This document shows, one piece after another, positions 36,068 through 46,349 of a stretch of DNA of 54,341 bases. Positions within the stretch are counted from its first letter, which is position 1, and the number at the start of each line of letters is the position of its first letter. Origin of the DNA: Candidatus Parcubacteria bacterium (GTDB lineage Bacteria; Patescibacteriota; Minisyncoccia; Phycocordibacterales; CAIZLB01); the NCBI GenBank assembly GCA_039795875.1, contig JBDKKY010000002.1, positions 1 through 54,341 of the forward strand. Direction: 5' to 3'. Made by a program: the position numbers and the translations under genes. Below the pieces are notes generated by a model. It was not told where the DNA came from. It ran no database searches and was given only the letters and a program-made list of their open reading frames with translations.

Positions 36068-37429
36068 TTAGTTTATATAAACGTTAATTGTTTTTGAGTT
36101 ATCATTTTCATCAACTTCACTAACATTGTTGCCAGCATCGGCCGTCATCGTCATTGTTTGATTTCCTCGAATGAGATTATCAACTTCGAAGTACACATAG
36201 GTTTCTCCTCCTAATTGGAGAGGTGATTGATAGGCTGAGTTCAATTCTCGATAGCCTGTTCCTTGATTATTCATTGCCAATCGTACAGACCATGAGTTAT
36301 TAAAGTATCCACCAGTATTTCGAACTAGCGCTCGTACAGCGACTCGTTCACCGTAAGGGATGGTTGTTGTTTGGTAAAAACTACCGTTGATCATTCTACC
36401 TGTCTCAATAGTTGAGATCATCAAGTTTGGGGTACCAGATTGTCCATTGTTCCAGCCATTGTCTGTGTTACATGTGTAGTAACCGTATGAGGCACTGTAA
36501 CACTGGTTGCTGTTGTTATAACCATTGTTGTAATTATTGTAGCCATTGTTTGCGCAGTAATAATATCCATTTTGCCAGTAACAGCTGTTATTATTATTTA
36601 TAGGATATTGATAAATTGGTTGATAAACTTGAACATTTGGCAATCGTACTGTCAGCACGTTGTCATTCTCATTTGACTCATTAATCTGGTTTTCTGGATC
36701 AGCGTAGATGTAGACTGTTGGATTTCCTTGTGACATGTCTATACCAGTAAATCGAGCCTCAGCAGTATATGAGCTTTGTCCCGGAATAGTTGAGAGATTG
36801 TTTAGTATTTTTGTGCGGTCATTGTATTCAGCTGCAGGCATAACTACTCGCATTGTCCATGGACCGGTTGCACCACCTTCTTCGTTTAGGATTTTAAATC
36901 GCACAGAGACTGTGTCAGATGAATTAAATGAATTTGTCACAACATACTGGCCGTTTGAATTGATAATACCAATAGATGTCAAAACCAGTTTTAGGTTTTT
37001 TGTGGTAGCAACTGGAGCAGGGTAATAGTATCTAGTGTATGTAGGATATACGTATTTTGTTGTGGTTTGAGTTGGAGTCGGGTTCGTTTGATATGTTGGA
37101 TAAGTAGGTTGAGTAGGTTGGTTGATCTGTGTGGGAGTTGGTGTGGCTGTTGTAGTTGTAGGTGTCGGGTTTACAGGCACAGGATTAACCGGAGTAGGTT
37201 GAATAACCACACCGTTTAAGCCGTCGGCGGTTGTTGGAGTGGGTTGTTGTACTACTACAGTAGTTGTAGCAGGTTTATCATCGTTCAATTCACCAAGAGA
37301 AACAGTGGCTGAAGCTAGGTTGTTGATGGCTTTAGGGATCAATTTGAAGATTTTGATACTCAAAAATACCAAAAGCCCAATAAGGATTGCGATAAGGCCA
37401 AAACGTAGGATGTTTCGTAATATATTCAT
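36068..37429 (-). CDS. N-terminally anchored surface protein with Thr/Pro linker, CARDB-like repeats and an Asn/Tyr-rich insert
   Basis: TM anchor LRFGLIAILIGLLVFLSI, PT-rich linker, and two domains ending in the CARDB-like signatures ESNENDNVLTVRLP and DENDNSKTINVYIN. Confidence 0.6.
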   Translation of the reverse strand: MNILRNILRFGLIAILIGLLVFLSIKIFKLIPKAINNLASATVSLGELNDDKPATTTVVVQQPTPTTADGLNGVVIQPTPVNPVPVNPTPTTTTATPTPTQINQPTQPTYPTYQTNPTPTQTTTKYVYPTYTRYYYPAPVATTKNLKLVLTSIGIINSNGQYVVTNSFNSSDTVSVRFKILNEEGGATGPWTMRVVMPAAEYNDRTKILNNLSTIPGQSSYTAEARFTGIDMSQGNPTVYIYADPENQINESNENDNVLTVRLPNVQVYQPIYQYPINNNNSCYWQNGYYYCANNGYNNYNNGYNNSNQCYSASYGYYTCNTDNGWNNGQSGTPNLMISTIETGRMINGSFYQTTTIPYGERVAVRALVRNTGGYFNNSWSVRLAMNNQGTGYRELNSAYQSPLQLGGETYVYFEVDNLIRGNQTMTMTADAGNNVSEVDENDNSKTINVYIN

Positions 37430-37509
37430 AGTGCCTATACTATATATCTTTTTGGGCGTTTTGTCAACAGGGTGGGAAAGGGCAAAATAGTGTATATATA
37501 ATAGGTATT

Positions 37510-38193
37510 ATGGCCTTAGAAGTCTTCAGTGAAAGCGAGAAAAAATTCCTTAAAAAGCTCACAATTGTGGGTCTAATCGTGGTATGTGCCGTGGCACTAC
37601 TTTCAGGTCTGGCTCAGGTTATAAACGTCTATCAAACTGAAGGATCAACAGGTCTTCGCCGGTTGGTGGCCCAAGGTGACACTGAAAACACTGGCCAAAA
37701 AGTGGTTGAATTCAATCAGAGTGTAGAAAAAACAGTTGGGGTACAGACCAATGTCGGCGAATTGCCCTTGTATATAGAAGTTCCTTCACTCGATATTCAG
37801 TCCGAGGTTGAGGCGCCTACAACGATGACAGTTTCGGTTTTGGATGCCGCACTTAACCGTGGTCCAGTGTACTATCAAGGCTCAGGTTCCCCTGGCGATC
37901 GCAATATGTTGATTTTCGGACATAGTACCGGTTTTAGTATTGTGCACAATAAAGCCTATAAAGTTTTTAATGAAATCAAAAATGCTAAAACCGGAGCCTT
38001 GGTTTATATACGGACCTCAAGTGGTGTGCACACCTATAGAACTATCAATGTAAAGAAAGTAAGTAAATACAATGCTTGGATTCAATTTAACAGTGCTAAG
38101 CCACTACTAACTTTGGCCACCTGTGATAGTTTTGGCAAGGCATCTGACAGATGGGTGTTAGAGGCTGAATATATCGGTTTTGAAAAGAGATAA
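37510..38193 (+). CDS. sortase-family transpeptidase
   Basis: N-terminal TM segment, catalytic His (LIFGHSTG), TLxTC motif (LLTLATCD) and conserved Arg (SDRWVLEA). Confidence 0.85.
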   Translation: MALEVFSESEKKFLKKLTIVGLIVVCAVALLSGLAQVINVYQTEGSTGLRRLVAQGDTENTGQKVVEFNQSVEKTVGVQTNVGELPLYIEVPSLDIQSEVEAPTTMTVSVLDAALNRGPVYYQGSGSPGDRNMLIFGHSTGFSIVHNKAYKVFNEIKNAKTGALVYIRTSSGVHTYRTINVKKVSKYNAWIQFNSAKPLLTLATCDSFGKASDRWVLEAEYIGFEKR

Positions 38194-38234
38194 TCACCTT
38201 GCGGCGGTCGTATCCTTATGCTATAGTAGGCCCT

Positions 38235-38540
38235 ATGTTAAACATAAGACTACAACGAGTTGGACGAAAGAATGACCCATCATATCGATTGGTTGTCATC
38301 AATTCAAAATATGCCGCAAAAAGTGGTAAGGCTATTGAGATTCTTGGATCTGTTGATTTTCGAAAGAAAGTTATCGTAAGTGAGACTATCAAGACAGACA
38401 AGATCAAGGACTACATGAGTAAAGGTGCTAAACCCTCTGACACTGTGCATAACTTATTTGTCGATCTAGGAATCGTAAAAGGAAAGAAAATAAACGTACT
38501 ATCACGAAAGTCCCCAATCAAGAAAGAAGTTGCCGCGTAA
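38235..38540 (+). CDS. rpsP: 30S ribosomal protein S16
   Basis: MLNIRLQRVGRKNDPSYRLVV is the canonical bS16 N-terminus. The ORF track extension to 38199 is unlikely. Confidence 0.9.
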   Translation: MLNIRLQRVGRKNDPSYRLVVINSKYAAKSGKAIEILGSVDFRKKVIVSETIKTDKIKDYMSKGAKPSDTVHNLFVDLGIVKGKKINVLSRKSPIKKEVAA

Positions 38541-38685
38541 GGGACTTCTCAAGGACACTATTAAAAATGCATGAACTCAGATCTGGGGCCATGCATTTTA
38601 ATATCGTGGTCATTTGCTTAAAAAATGAAAGTTGCTTACAATAATACTATTATTAGTTTAATCAGTAATCAATACGAATAAATAT

Positions 38686-38940
38686 ATGTCATCAGAAGCC
38701 GACGCACAATTTCTAACCTTCATTATCAAATCAATGGTGGAGAATCAGGATGCGGTAAAAGTAACTCGAACAGTCGATGAGATGGGTGTGTTATTGAATC
38801 TCGAGGTAGATAAAAATGATATGGGTAAAGTGATCGGCCGAGATGGCTCAACTGCTAAAGCGATTCGAACCCTGCTCCGAGTATTTGGTATGAAAAATAA
38901 CGCACGAGTTAACTTGAAGATTAACGAACCTGCAGAATAA
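38686..38940 (+). CDS. KH-domain RNA-binding protein (YlqC-like)
   Basis: 84 aa with GKVIGRDGSTAKAIRTLL (the GxxG KH motif). The position downstream of rpsP is conserved. Confidence 0.8.
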   Translation: MSSEADAQFLTFIIKSMVENQDAVKVTRTVDEMGVLLNLEVDKNDMGKVIGRDGSTAKAIRTLLRVFGMKNNARVNLKINEPAE

Positions 38941-39027
38941 GTTATACACAGTATGATCCATAAGCTAGTTTGACACTTCATGGAGACTACATGTATACTA
39001 ATTAAGTTCTTTGCGAACTCGAAAGTC

Positions 39028-39050
39028 CCCGCCGAAAGGCGGGTATTTTT
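39028..39050 (+). terminator. intrinsic terminator downstream of the KH-protein gene
   Basis: CCCGCC-GAAA-GGCGGG followed by TATTTTTGTTT. Confidence 0.65.
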
Positions 39051-39079
39051 GTTTGTAATAATGTGCTATATTCAGGTCA

Positions 39080-40159
39080 ATGTTCCGCAAACTGTTCAAA
39101 AGACTATCTGCATCATCTAAGAAATCTGGACCTGGCTCTGGTATTGGTATTGATCTAGGTACAACCAATACATTGGTATACATAGACGGCAAAGGAGTGA
39201 TTCTTGACGAGCCTTCTGTCGTTGCATTGAACCAAAAAACACATCAAGTAGTAGCTGTGGGTAATCAAGCCAAGATTATGCTTGGAAAAACTCCTGGTCA
39301 CATTACAGCTATCCGACCGTTGGTGGAAGGCGTGATTTCGGACTTTGAAGTGACCGAAGAAATGCTTTCTTACATCTTAAGGCGGACTATGGAAGTGTTG
39401 AAGACTTCATCGATTCCGCGAGTGGTGATCGGAGTGCCATTTGGAGTTACAAACGTAGAACGACGAGCCGTGCGCGATGCTGCCAATAGTGCCGGCGCAA
39501 AAGAAGTATATATTATCGAAGAGCCAATGGCCGCAGCGATCGGTGTTGGATTACCGATCAAAGAGGCGAGAGGAAGTATGATTGTTGATATCGGAGGCGG
39601 TACGACTGATATTGCCGTCATTTCCCTAGGTGGAATTGTTCGTGGTAAAAATCTAAAAGTAGCAGGAGATCGATTTAACAATGACATCATTTCATACATA
39701 CGAAATGAGTTTAAATTATTGGTAGGTGAAAAAAGTGCAGAAGAAATTAAGATTCAACTCGCCAGCGTCATGCCGGAAGAGGAGCCTATAGAAGGACGAA
39801 TACGAGGACGAGATCTTGTTACCGGTCTACCAAAAGAGATTGTGCTGACTGATGCCGATATCAATGACGCCATACATATGTCGGCTGATTCATTGTTTGA
39901 GGCAGTCAAAGAAGTGCTCGAATCGACTCCCCCAGAGATTCTTTCAGACATCATGACAAATGGTATATACTTATCAGGCGGTGGAGCTTTGATCAAGCAT
40001 TTAGATGAAGCCTTAACTGAATTTCTAGGTATTACTGTAAAAGTCGCAGAGGATCCATTGACCGCCGTAGCGCGTGGGGCGGGTATTATTGCTTCTAACA
40101 CAGAGTATTATCAAGAGCTAATTGTAGAAAATGAAGATGAACTTCCTATCCGGCGTTAA
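39080..40159 (+). CDS. mreB: rod-shape protein MreB
   Basis: Actin-fold motifs: GIDLGTTNT, VIGVPFGVTNVERRA, DIGGGTTD, LSGGGALI. Confidence 0.95.
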   Translation: MFRKLFKRLSASSKKSGPGSGIGIDLGTTNTLVYIDGKGVILDEPSVVALNQKTHQVVAVGNQAKIMLGKTPGHITAIRPLVEGVISDFEVTEEMLSYILRRTMEVLKTSSIPRVVIGVPFGVTNVERRAVRDAANSAGAKEVYIIEEPMAAAIGVGLPIKEARGSMIVDIGGGTTDIAVISLGGIVRGKNLKVAGDRFNNDIISYIRNEFKLLVGEKSAEEIKIQLASVMPEEEPIEGRIRGRDLVTGLPKEIVLTDADINDAIHMSADSLFEAVKEVLESTPPEILSDIMTNGIYLSGGGALIKHLDEALTEFLGITVKVAEDPLTAVARGAGIIASNTEYYQELIVENEDELPIRR

Positions 40160-40997
40160 ACCGAAAAGTTTATTGGGGCGAAAGCTATCCAATCGATATA
40201 TGTCGAGTGATGCTTTTACATCGTCACGGAAAATGAACAATCGATTTCGAAGTCGATCTAGTTTTGGTGGAAAGAGAAGTTTGTTTGAAATAAAATACAG
40301 TGTGATGCGAGTTTGTATTGCGATCATACTACTCTGTATCTTGATTTATAGCGTGCCAACATTTCGATATGGCATTCATAGACTATTAGTCAAACAATTT
40401 GTACCAACAACTTCTCTGCAAGTGCTTTCTGAAGAATTGGGCGCAGAAGAGTTCTATGTGGCCCCAAAGTATTTATCGACAGACAGATTTATTGGCAAAC
40501 CCCCGTCTTCGCTTTCTCTGGTAGAGGGAGACATTGTGGCTGATTCATACACTGGTTCTCCTGTCGGAGTATTGGAAAGTGTTAGCTCTAGTGTTGTGCT
40601 CCGACTGTTTTCTGATCCTGGATTTAAGAGTAATTTTTACATACACGAAGCTATGGTAGCGGAGCTGCCACCATTAGAGCCGGTTGATACTCTGAATACA
40701 AGCTCTACCACCGATAATGATACCGGTGGCACCACAACGACGGGTCGCAATACTTTAAAACCAGCGTTGTTTGAAGGGTCAGGATATGGAGAGATTATCA
40801 CGAAACTGCCACCACAAAGTAAAGATGTGAAAGTTGGAGACATTGTTTATACACAAACTGTGCACGGACCAAAAGCAATTGCTGAGATCAGCCGTGTATC
40901 TGAAGATACAAGCTCTGGTTCTACATTTACAATCGTAAGTGCTCAACTTCTTGTGTCGCCTCAAAGTATCTACAGAGTAAAAATGTTAACAGAATAA
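40131..40997 (+). CDS. mreC: rod-shape protein MreC-like (start uncertain; alternative ATG at 40200)
   Basis: TM segment, then beta-rich domains with GDIVADSYTGSPVGVLESVSSSVVLRLFSDPGF and GDIVYTQ. It sits between mreB and the PBP2 gene. Confidence 0.7.
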   Translation: MKMNFLSGVKPKSLLGRKLSNRYMSSDAFTSSRKMNNRFRSRSSFGGKRSLFEIKYSVMRVCIAIILLCILIYSVPTFRYGIHRLLVKQFVPTTSLQVLSEELGAEEFYVAPKYLSTDRFIGKPPSSLSLVEGDIVADSYTGSPVGVLESVSSSVVLRLFSDPGFKSNFYIHEAMVAELPPLEPVDTLNTSSTTDNDTGGTTTTGRNTLKPALFEGSGYGEIITKLPPQSKDVKVGDIVYTQTVHGPKAIAEISRVSEDTSSGSTFTIVSAQLLVSPQSIYRVKMLTE

Positions 40998-40999
40998 TA

Positions 41000-42796
41000 A
41001 TGGGAATTTTTGGCAAACGACGTAAAAAGAAATATACCGAGATCTTGCCGGAGCATGTGCTCTTGGATTCTGCTAACCTGCCTTCATTTGATAAAAGCCA
41101 GCTCGAGGGACGAGTAACAGGAGCCGTCGATTCCAGTGTTTTTAGATTTTTGTTTTTCGTAGTGATTCTCATTTGTATATTGTTTGGCTACTCTGCCTTC
41201 AACACGCAAGTTATCAGAGGGGCGGAATACGCTGATAAGGCCGAGCGCAACCGATTTGAATCTATCCCGATCTTTGCTGAGAGAGGTTCAATATATGATC
41301 GAAATGATATCGCTTTGGTTTGGAATGAAAGTGTGGCAACCAATACCGATAATTTTTCAAAGAGAATCTATGAGCCAGATATTGCCATGGGTAGCTTGCT
41401 GGGATATGTGAAATATCCGAAAAAAGATAAAAAAGGTTTTTATATTACAGAAGCTGCTGAAGCGGTTGGGGGTACTGAACAGTATTACAATGTACTATTG
41501 CAGGGGTCTGAAGGTTCTTTGTACATCGAGACTGACGCCGTTGGAAATATTATTTCCAAAACAACAGCTGACTTGCCACGCAAAGGTCAAGATGTGCATC
41601 TCACTATCGATTCAGAATTACAAAAACTGGTCTATAAGGCAATCGAACACGCATCACGTGAGAGCGGATACGTCGGTGGTGCCGGTTTGATCGTGGATGT
41701 CACTGATGGGTCTATATTGTCCGCGGTGACGTATCCGGACTTTGATTCCAATGTTATGACTGAAGCGGTGGATCATGATCTTATTCAAAGATATTTAACC
41801 GATAAACAAAAAAGTTACTTTCTGAATAGGTATACTAGTGGATTATACGCACCGGGTTCTATTGTAAAACCGATCTTTGCCCTAGCCGCACTCAATGAAA
41901 GTATCATCACTCCCCGAGAGCGTATCCTGAGTACTGGAAAGTTGGTAGTGGCTAACCCATATCAACCTGATAAACCGACTATATTTAAAGACTGGAAAGC
42001 CCACGGATATACAGATGTTCGTGAGGCAATCGCGGTGTCATCTGATGTGTATTTCTATACAGTTGGAGGTGGAGTGCCGGGCAAAAAAGGTTTAGGTATT
42101 ACCAAGTTGGCAGAATATGCTGAACTCTTCGGATTTAATAACCTAAACAGTGATACCTTCTTTAGCTCCAAAGCCTCTGTGATCCCAACACCAGAATGGA
42201 AGAAAAAAATATTTAATGGAGAAGATTGGAGGCTAGGAGACACCTACCACTCAGCTATCGGTCAATATGGTTTTTCTATCACACCGATACAAGTTCTTAG
42301 TATGTTGACCATGCTCACTCAAGCCGGAGATGGAAAAAGTTCATATCCATTATTTCATATAGATAAGACCGACGAGGTGACATATGTCCCGTTTGTCGAT
42401 AAAATCAAAAAAATTCCTGCTGAATTTTATAATGAAATCGCGGAAGGTATGCGCATGACAGTGACCACCGGAACTGGCCAGGCTCTTAATTTCCCAGAAT
42501 TAAAAGTTGCTGGTAAAACCGGTACAGCACAAACTGGAGTCAGAAATGAATTTATCAACTCTTGGTTCGTAGGTTTTTGGCCATACACCAAGCCACGTTA
42601 CGCCGTCGTATTTTTACTTGAGAAGGGAAGTTCTACAAATACTCATGGAGCAACCGCCTATCTGCGAGAAGTATTTGATGGCTGTCGGGCGTATAGTTGT
42701 GATATTGTAAATAAAAAGGCGATACTGGATAAGTCTCCGTTGCCGGTGGATGAGACTGTGTTGCCCGAAGATACATTCCAACATGAACTTGAATGA
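41000..42796 (+). CDS. mrdA: penicillin-binding protein 2 (elongation transpeptidase)
   Basis: N-terminal TM and pedestal, then transpeptidase motifs SxxK (GSIVKP), an SxN-like motif (SSD) and KTG (GKTGTA). Confidence 0.9.
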   Translation: MGIFGKRRKKKYTEILPEHVLLDSANLPSFDKSQLEGRVTGAVDSSVFRFLFFVVILICILFGYSAFNTQVIRGAEYADKAERNRFESIPIFAERGSIYDRNDIALVWNESVATNTDNFSKRIYEPDIAMGSLLGYVKYPKKDKKGFYITEAAEAVGGTEQYYNVLLQGSEGSLYIETDAVGNIISKTTADLPRKGQDVHLTIDSELQKLVYKAIEHASRESGYVGGAGLIVDVTDGSILSAVTYPDFDSNVMTEAVDHDLIQRYLTDKQKSYFLNRYTSGLYAPGSIVKPIFALAALNESIITPRERILSTGKLVVANPYQPDKPTIFKDWKAHGYTDVREAIAVSSDVYFYTVGGGVPGKKGLGITKLAEYAELFGFNNLNSDTFFSSKASVIPTPEWKKKIFNGEDWRLGDTYHSAIGQYGFSITPIQVLSMLTMLTQAGDGKSSYPLFHIDKTDEVTYVPFVDKIKKIPAEFYNEIAEGMRMTVTTGTGQALNFPELKVAGKTGTAQTGVRNEFINSWFVGFWPYTKPRYAVVFLLEKGSSTNTHGATAYLREVFDGCRAYSCDIVNKKAILDKSPLPVDETVLPEDTFQHELE

Positions 42797-44051
42797 TTTT
42801 AAAAAACTACATATTTCTGAGGAACCGGGTGTTTATTTTTTCAAACAAGGTAAACAGATTTTGTATATTGGTAAAGCCACTAGTTTACGAGATCGGGTGC
42901 GCAGCTACTTTTCTCCTGATCTGATCAAGACTCGGGGTATGTTACTCGTGGATATGTTGACCAAGGCGACCGAGATTACATTTGAAGCGACCGGGTCTGT
43001 GCTCGAAGCTTTATTGCTCGAGACCGAGTTGATCAAGAAATATCAGCCATATTATAACACCAAAGAAAAAGACAATAAGAGTTATGTGTATGTTGCTATC
43101 ACCAATGAGACATTTCCTGCCGTTATAACCATCCGCGGACGAGATCTGGAACAGCATATCGCTCAGGATGCTAAGGCTTATCAACATACCTTTGGCCCAT
43201 TCACTTCTGGCGTGCAATTGAAAGAAGCTCTAAAGATTATTCGGAAGATTTTTCCTTATCGGGACGACAAATGTAAACCGATGTCAGGCAAAGCTTGTTT
43301 CAGTGCTGGCATCGGATTATGCCCTGGGGTTTGTGTTGGCCGCGTGAGCGTCAAAGAATACAAAAAGCAGATTGCTAAGATCGCTTTGTTTTTGTCGGGA
43401 AAAGTAAAAAAATTGATTGTTGAATTAGAAAAAGAGATGAGAGTCTATGTTAAAAAGCAAGAATTTGAGAAGGCTGAACTGGTAAAAAGAAAACTATATG
43501 CCCTGACTCATATTCAGGATATCGCGCTTATGAAACGAGAGCGCATATTCGGTGCCACTTCCGCACAAGCGTTACGTATCGAGGCTTATGATGTGGCTCA
43601 TATGATGGGTAAGAGCATGGTTGGTGTTATGGTCGTCATGGAAAATGGGGAATTGCAGAAAGATCAGTATCGAAAATTTATTATCAAAACCGTACAAGGG
43701 TCCAATGATCCAGCTGCACTGAAAGAGATGCTGGAACGACGTATTGTACACACTGAATGGCCGATGCCGCGAGTGATTGTTGTCGATGGAAATGAAGTGC
43801 AGCAAAATGTCGCCAAAGAAGTTGTAACTCGTATGTATGGCAAAAATGCGCCAAACACGCCAGTGATCGTCTCGGTAGTCAAAGATGATAAACATAAAGC
43901 TCGCGCTGTGCTAAGTGCCGATCCGCAAGCGACACAAGCTTTCGGTGAACAAGGTGTTACTAAAGAAGATATATATGCGATCAACGCCGAAGCTCATCGT
44001 TTCGCTATAGAATATTTTAGAAAAAAGCAGAGAAAAGATGTATACTTATAG
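42783..44051 (+). CDS. uvrC: excinuclease ABC subunit C, short form without the C-terminal (HhH)2
   Basis: GIY-YIG (GVYFFKQGKQILYIGKATSLRDRVRSYF), UVR domain (KQEFEKAELVKRKLYAL) and endonuclease domain (RIEAYDVAHMMG). The ATG at 42783 overlaps the mrdA end by 14 nt. Confidence 0.8.
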   Translation: MNLNDFKKLHISEEPGVYFFKQGKQILYIGKATSLRDRVRSYFSPDLIKTRGMLLVDMLTKATEITFEATGSVLEALLLETELIKKYQPYYNTKEKDNKSYVYVAITNETFPAVITIRGRDLEQHIAQDAKAYQHTFGPFTSGVQLKEALKIIRKIFPYRDDKCKPMSGKACFSAGIGLCPGVCVGRVSVKEYKKQIAKIALFLSGKVKKLIVELEKEMRVYVKKQEFEKAELVKRKLYALTHIQDIALMKRERIFGATSAQALRIEAYDVAHMMGKSMVGVMVVMENGELQKDQYRKFIIKTVQGSNDPAALKEMLERRIVHTEWPMPRVIVVDGNEVQQNVAKEVVTRMYGKNAPNTPVIVSVVKDDKHKARAVLSADPQATQAFGEQGVTKEDIYAINAEAHRFAIEYFRKKQRKDVYL

Positions 44052-44053
44052 TA

Positions 44054-45022
44054 ATGAGTGTCCGCATTTTATATCTTAAAAAAGCTTATATCGAGGATGA
44101 ATATGTTCGCCAAGCATTGCATGATGATATGGCCGCTTTTAAAAATACAACGGAGGCTATTTTCCCTGATGTAATTTCTGAGGTGTGTGCCATCACCGAG
44201 GAAGGCGAGTGGCTTATGCATGGTAAGCGGGTTGACCCAGCTATTTTTCTGATTGACTATGAATACGTGGTCGTGTTTATTCATATAGGTGATCGCATCT
44301 ATGATATAGCGTCAGCTGCTTTGTCTGCCTATTCCAAAAATAACTTCTTTATTTATAGTGTATCAGACACACTTTTCCATAACGCCGAACGTTTACACAA
44401 TCTGATTAAAACTCTAGACGTAAAATTCCCCCATCAAAAACATATCAACATGAAGGATTACAACGAACGTGTAATTAGTACTGAAGACATCGTGCGAGCC
44501 CATGTCCGAGATTTATTTTTGCCTATTCATATAGTTGATACTGATCATCGAAAACAGATTCCAACCATGCACACAAAACATTTGGCCTATACTCCAAATG
44601 AATTTGCTGAGATCTTGCACGCCAAACGCCACCAGTCCAACGCACTGACACTCCGTGAGCACATTGTGGCGCCAACAGTGTATGTTTTGGCCATACCTGG
44701 ATTGCGACATAAAAAAATCTATACAACCATACCTTTGATATATAAAGAAATAGAAGGGGCTGGATTTTGGGATACAACACAGTTAAGCACCAAAGAACGG
44801 GAGGCTGTTATCGGAGTCGTAGAGCAAGTATCGTCTCTGGCTTTCAATAAACAATTGGTAGTCTATGCCCTGTCCGTTCACCCGAAGCGAGGTGTTTTTA
44901 TTCAGTCGACCGCACCATTATTTGACTACATGATTCATCACCCCGGCTTCTTTTTTGGTGCCGCGACAGAGAGCGGAATTTTGCCGACAGAATTGTTTGT
45001 GTTGTTGCGTGATTATGCATAG
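44054..45022 (+). CDS. hypothetical protein (322 aa)
   Basis: A long ORF with native-like composition, tightly packed after uvrC. No motif recognised. Confidence 0.5.
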   Translation: MSVRILYLKKAYIEDEYVRQALHDDMAAFKNTTEAIFPDVISEVCAITEEGEWLMHGKRVDPAIFLIDYEYVVVFIHIGDRIYDIASAALSAYSKNNFFIYSVSDTLFHNAERLHNLIKTLDVKFPHQKHINMKDYNERVISTEDIVRAHVRDLFLPIHIVDTDHRKQIPTMHTKHLAYTPNEFAEILHAKRHQSNALTLREHIVAPTVYVLAIPGLRHKKIYTTIPLIYKEIEGAGFWDTTQLSTKEREAVIGVVEQVSSLAFNKQLVVYALSVHPKRGVFIQSTAPLFDYMIHHPGFFFGAATESGILPTELFVLLRDYA

Positions 45023-45055
45023 TATTTTCAAGATAATTGAGTTACAATCCATAGC

Positions 45056-46333
45056 ATGGAAATGACATCTCAACCTGTGCCAATTAAGAAATCAAAGTGG
45101 AAAATAATAACCGGACGAGCCTTTATAGGGGCCTGTCTTTTGGTTATTGGGTTTTTTGTGGGCAGTATGCAAACAGTGATTGCCTCTAAACTAGACAATA
45201 AAGTAAATATCACAACCTTTTGGCGAGTATGGAATATTCTTGATAAGGAATTTGTAAATACAACCCATCGTAATCCTGGAACTCCGGACGATGATCGAAA
45301 CGCCACTGGTTCAGAGATGACACTTGATGCAAATCTGAGTAAAGAAGATCGACGACTATACGGAGCTATCAAAGGCATGGTTGAGGCGGAAGGTGACCCC
45401 TATACAACATTTTTTTCTCCACAAGAAGCCAAAGGGTTTGAAACAGAGATCAAAGGTAGCTTTGACGGTGTCGGCATGGAAGTCGGAAAGAAAGATGGTG
45501 TGATCACCGTGATCGCGCCGTTACCAGATAGTCCGGCCGCTAAGGCTGGTATTAAAGCTGGTGACAAGGTGCTAAGTATCAATGGTAAAAGTACGACGGA
45601 TATGAGTATTGACGCAGCGGTAAATATGATACGTGGTGTAAAAGGTACAACAGTAAAATTGTCCTTATATCGAGATGGTCTGGATAAGCCATTAGAATTA
45701 ACATTGACTCGTGACACTATCAAGCTTCCAACCCTAGAAAAAAAGTATGACGCACAGACGGGTATATATACTATCAAGTTATACGCATTCTCAGAGCAAG
45801 TGTCTGGATTGTTTAAAGATGCTATTACCGATTTCCACAAAACAGGTTCAAAGAAACTGATTCTTGATTTGCGAGGCAATCCAGGAGGATACCTTGACGC
45901 GGCTGTTGACATTGCTAGTTGGTTTATTCCTGCCGGTAAAGTGATAGTGAGTCAGGATTATGGTGCGAAGAAACCTCAAGATTATCTTCGAAGTGTTGGA
46001 TATGACTTGATCAAAGATGATGTGAAGATAGTTGTGCTTGTCGACAGCGGTTCCGCTTCTGCATCTGAGATCGTGGCTGGAGCTTTGCAAGATCATGGAC
46101 GAGCCAAGCTAGTCGGACAACAAACATTTGGTAAAGGGTCTGTGCAGGAGTATTTGAAAATTACAGAGAACACCGGTTTGAAGGTAACTATTGCACGTTG
46201 GTTGACTCCAAAAGGTAATTCTATCTCTGTTGGAGGTCTAACTCCTGACGTAGAAGTGAAGTACACGGAGGACGATGTAAAAAACAAGATAGACCCCCAA
46301 TATAAGAAAGCGGTTGAATTATTGGCCAAATAA
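45056..46333 (+). CDS. ctpA: carboxy-terminal processing peptidase (S41) with PDZ domain
   Basis: FDGVGMEV, PDZ (SPAAKAGIKAGDKVLSINGK), DLRGNPGGYLD, SASASEIVAGALQD. Confidence 0.9.
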   Translation: MEMTSQPVPIKKSKWKIITGRAFIGACLLVIGFFVGSMQTVIASKLDNKVNITTFWRVWNILDKEFVNTTHRNPGTPDDDRNATGSEMTLDANLSKEDRRLYGAIKGMVEAEGDPYTTFFSPQEAKGFETEIKGSFDGVGMEVGKKDGVITVIAPLPDSPAAKAGIKAGDKVLSINGKSTTDMSIDAAVNMIRGVKGTTVKLSLYRDGLDKPLELTLTRDTIKLPTLEKKYDAQTGIYTIKLYAFSEQVSGLFKDAITDFHKTGSKKLILDLRGNPGGYLDAAVDIASWFIPAGKVIVSQDYGAKKPQDYLRSVGYDLIKDDVKIVVLVDSGSASASEIVAGALQDHGRAKLVGQQTFGKGSVQEYLKITENTGLKVTIARWLTPKGNSISVGGLTPDVEVKYTEDDVKNKIDPQYKKAVELLAK

Positions 46334-46349
46334 TGTATTATAGGTACTT

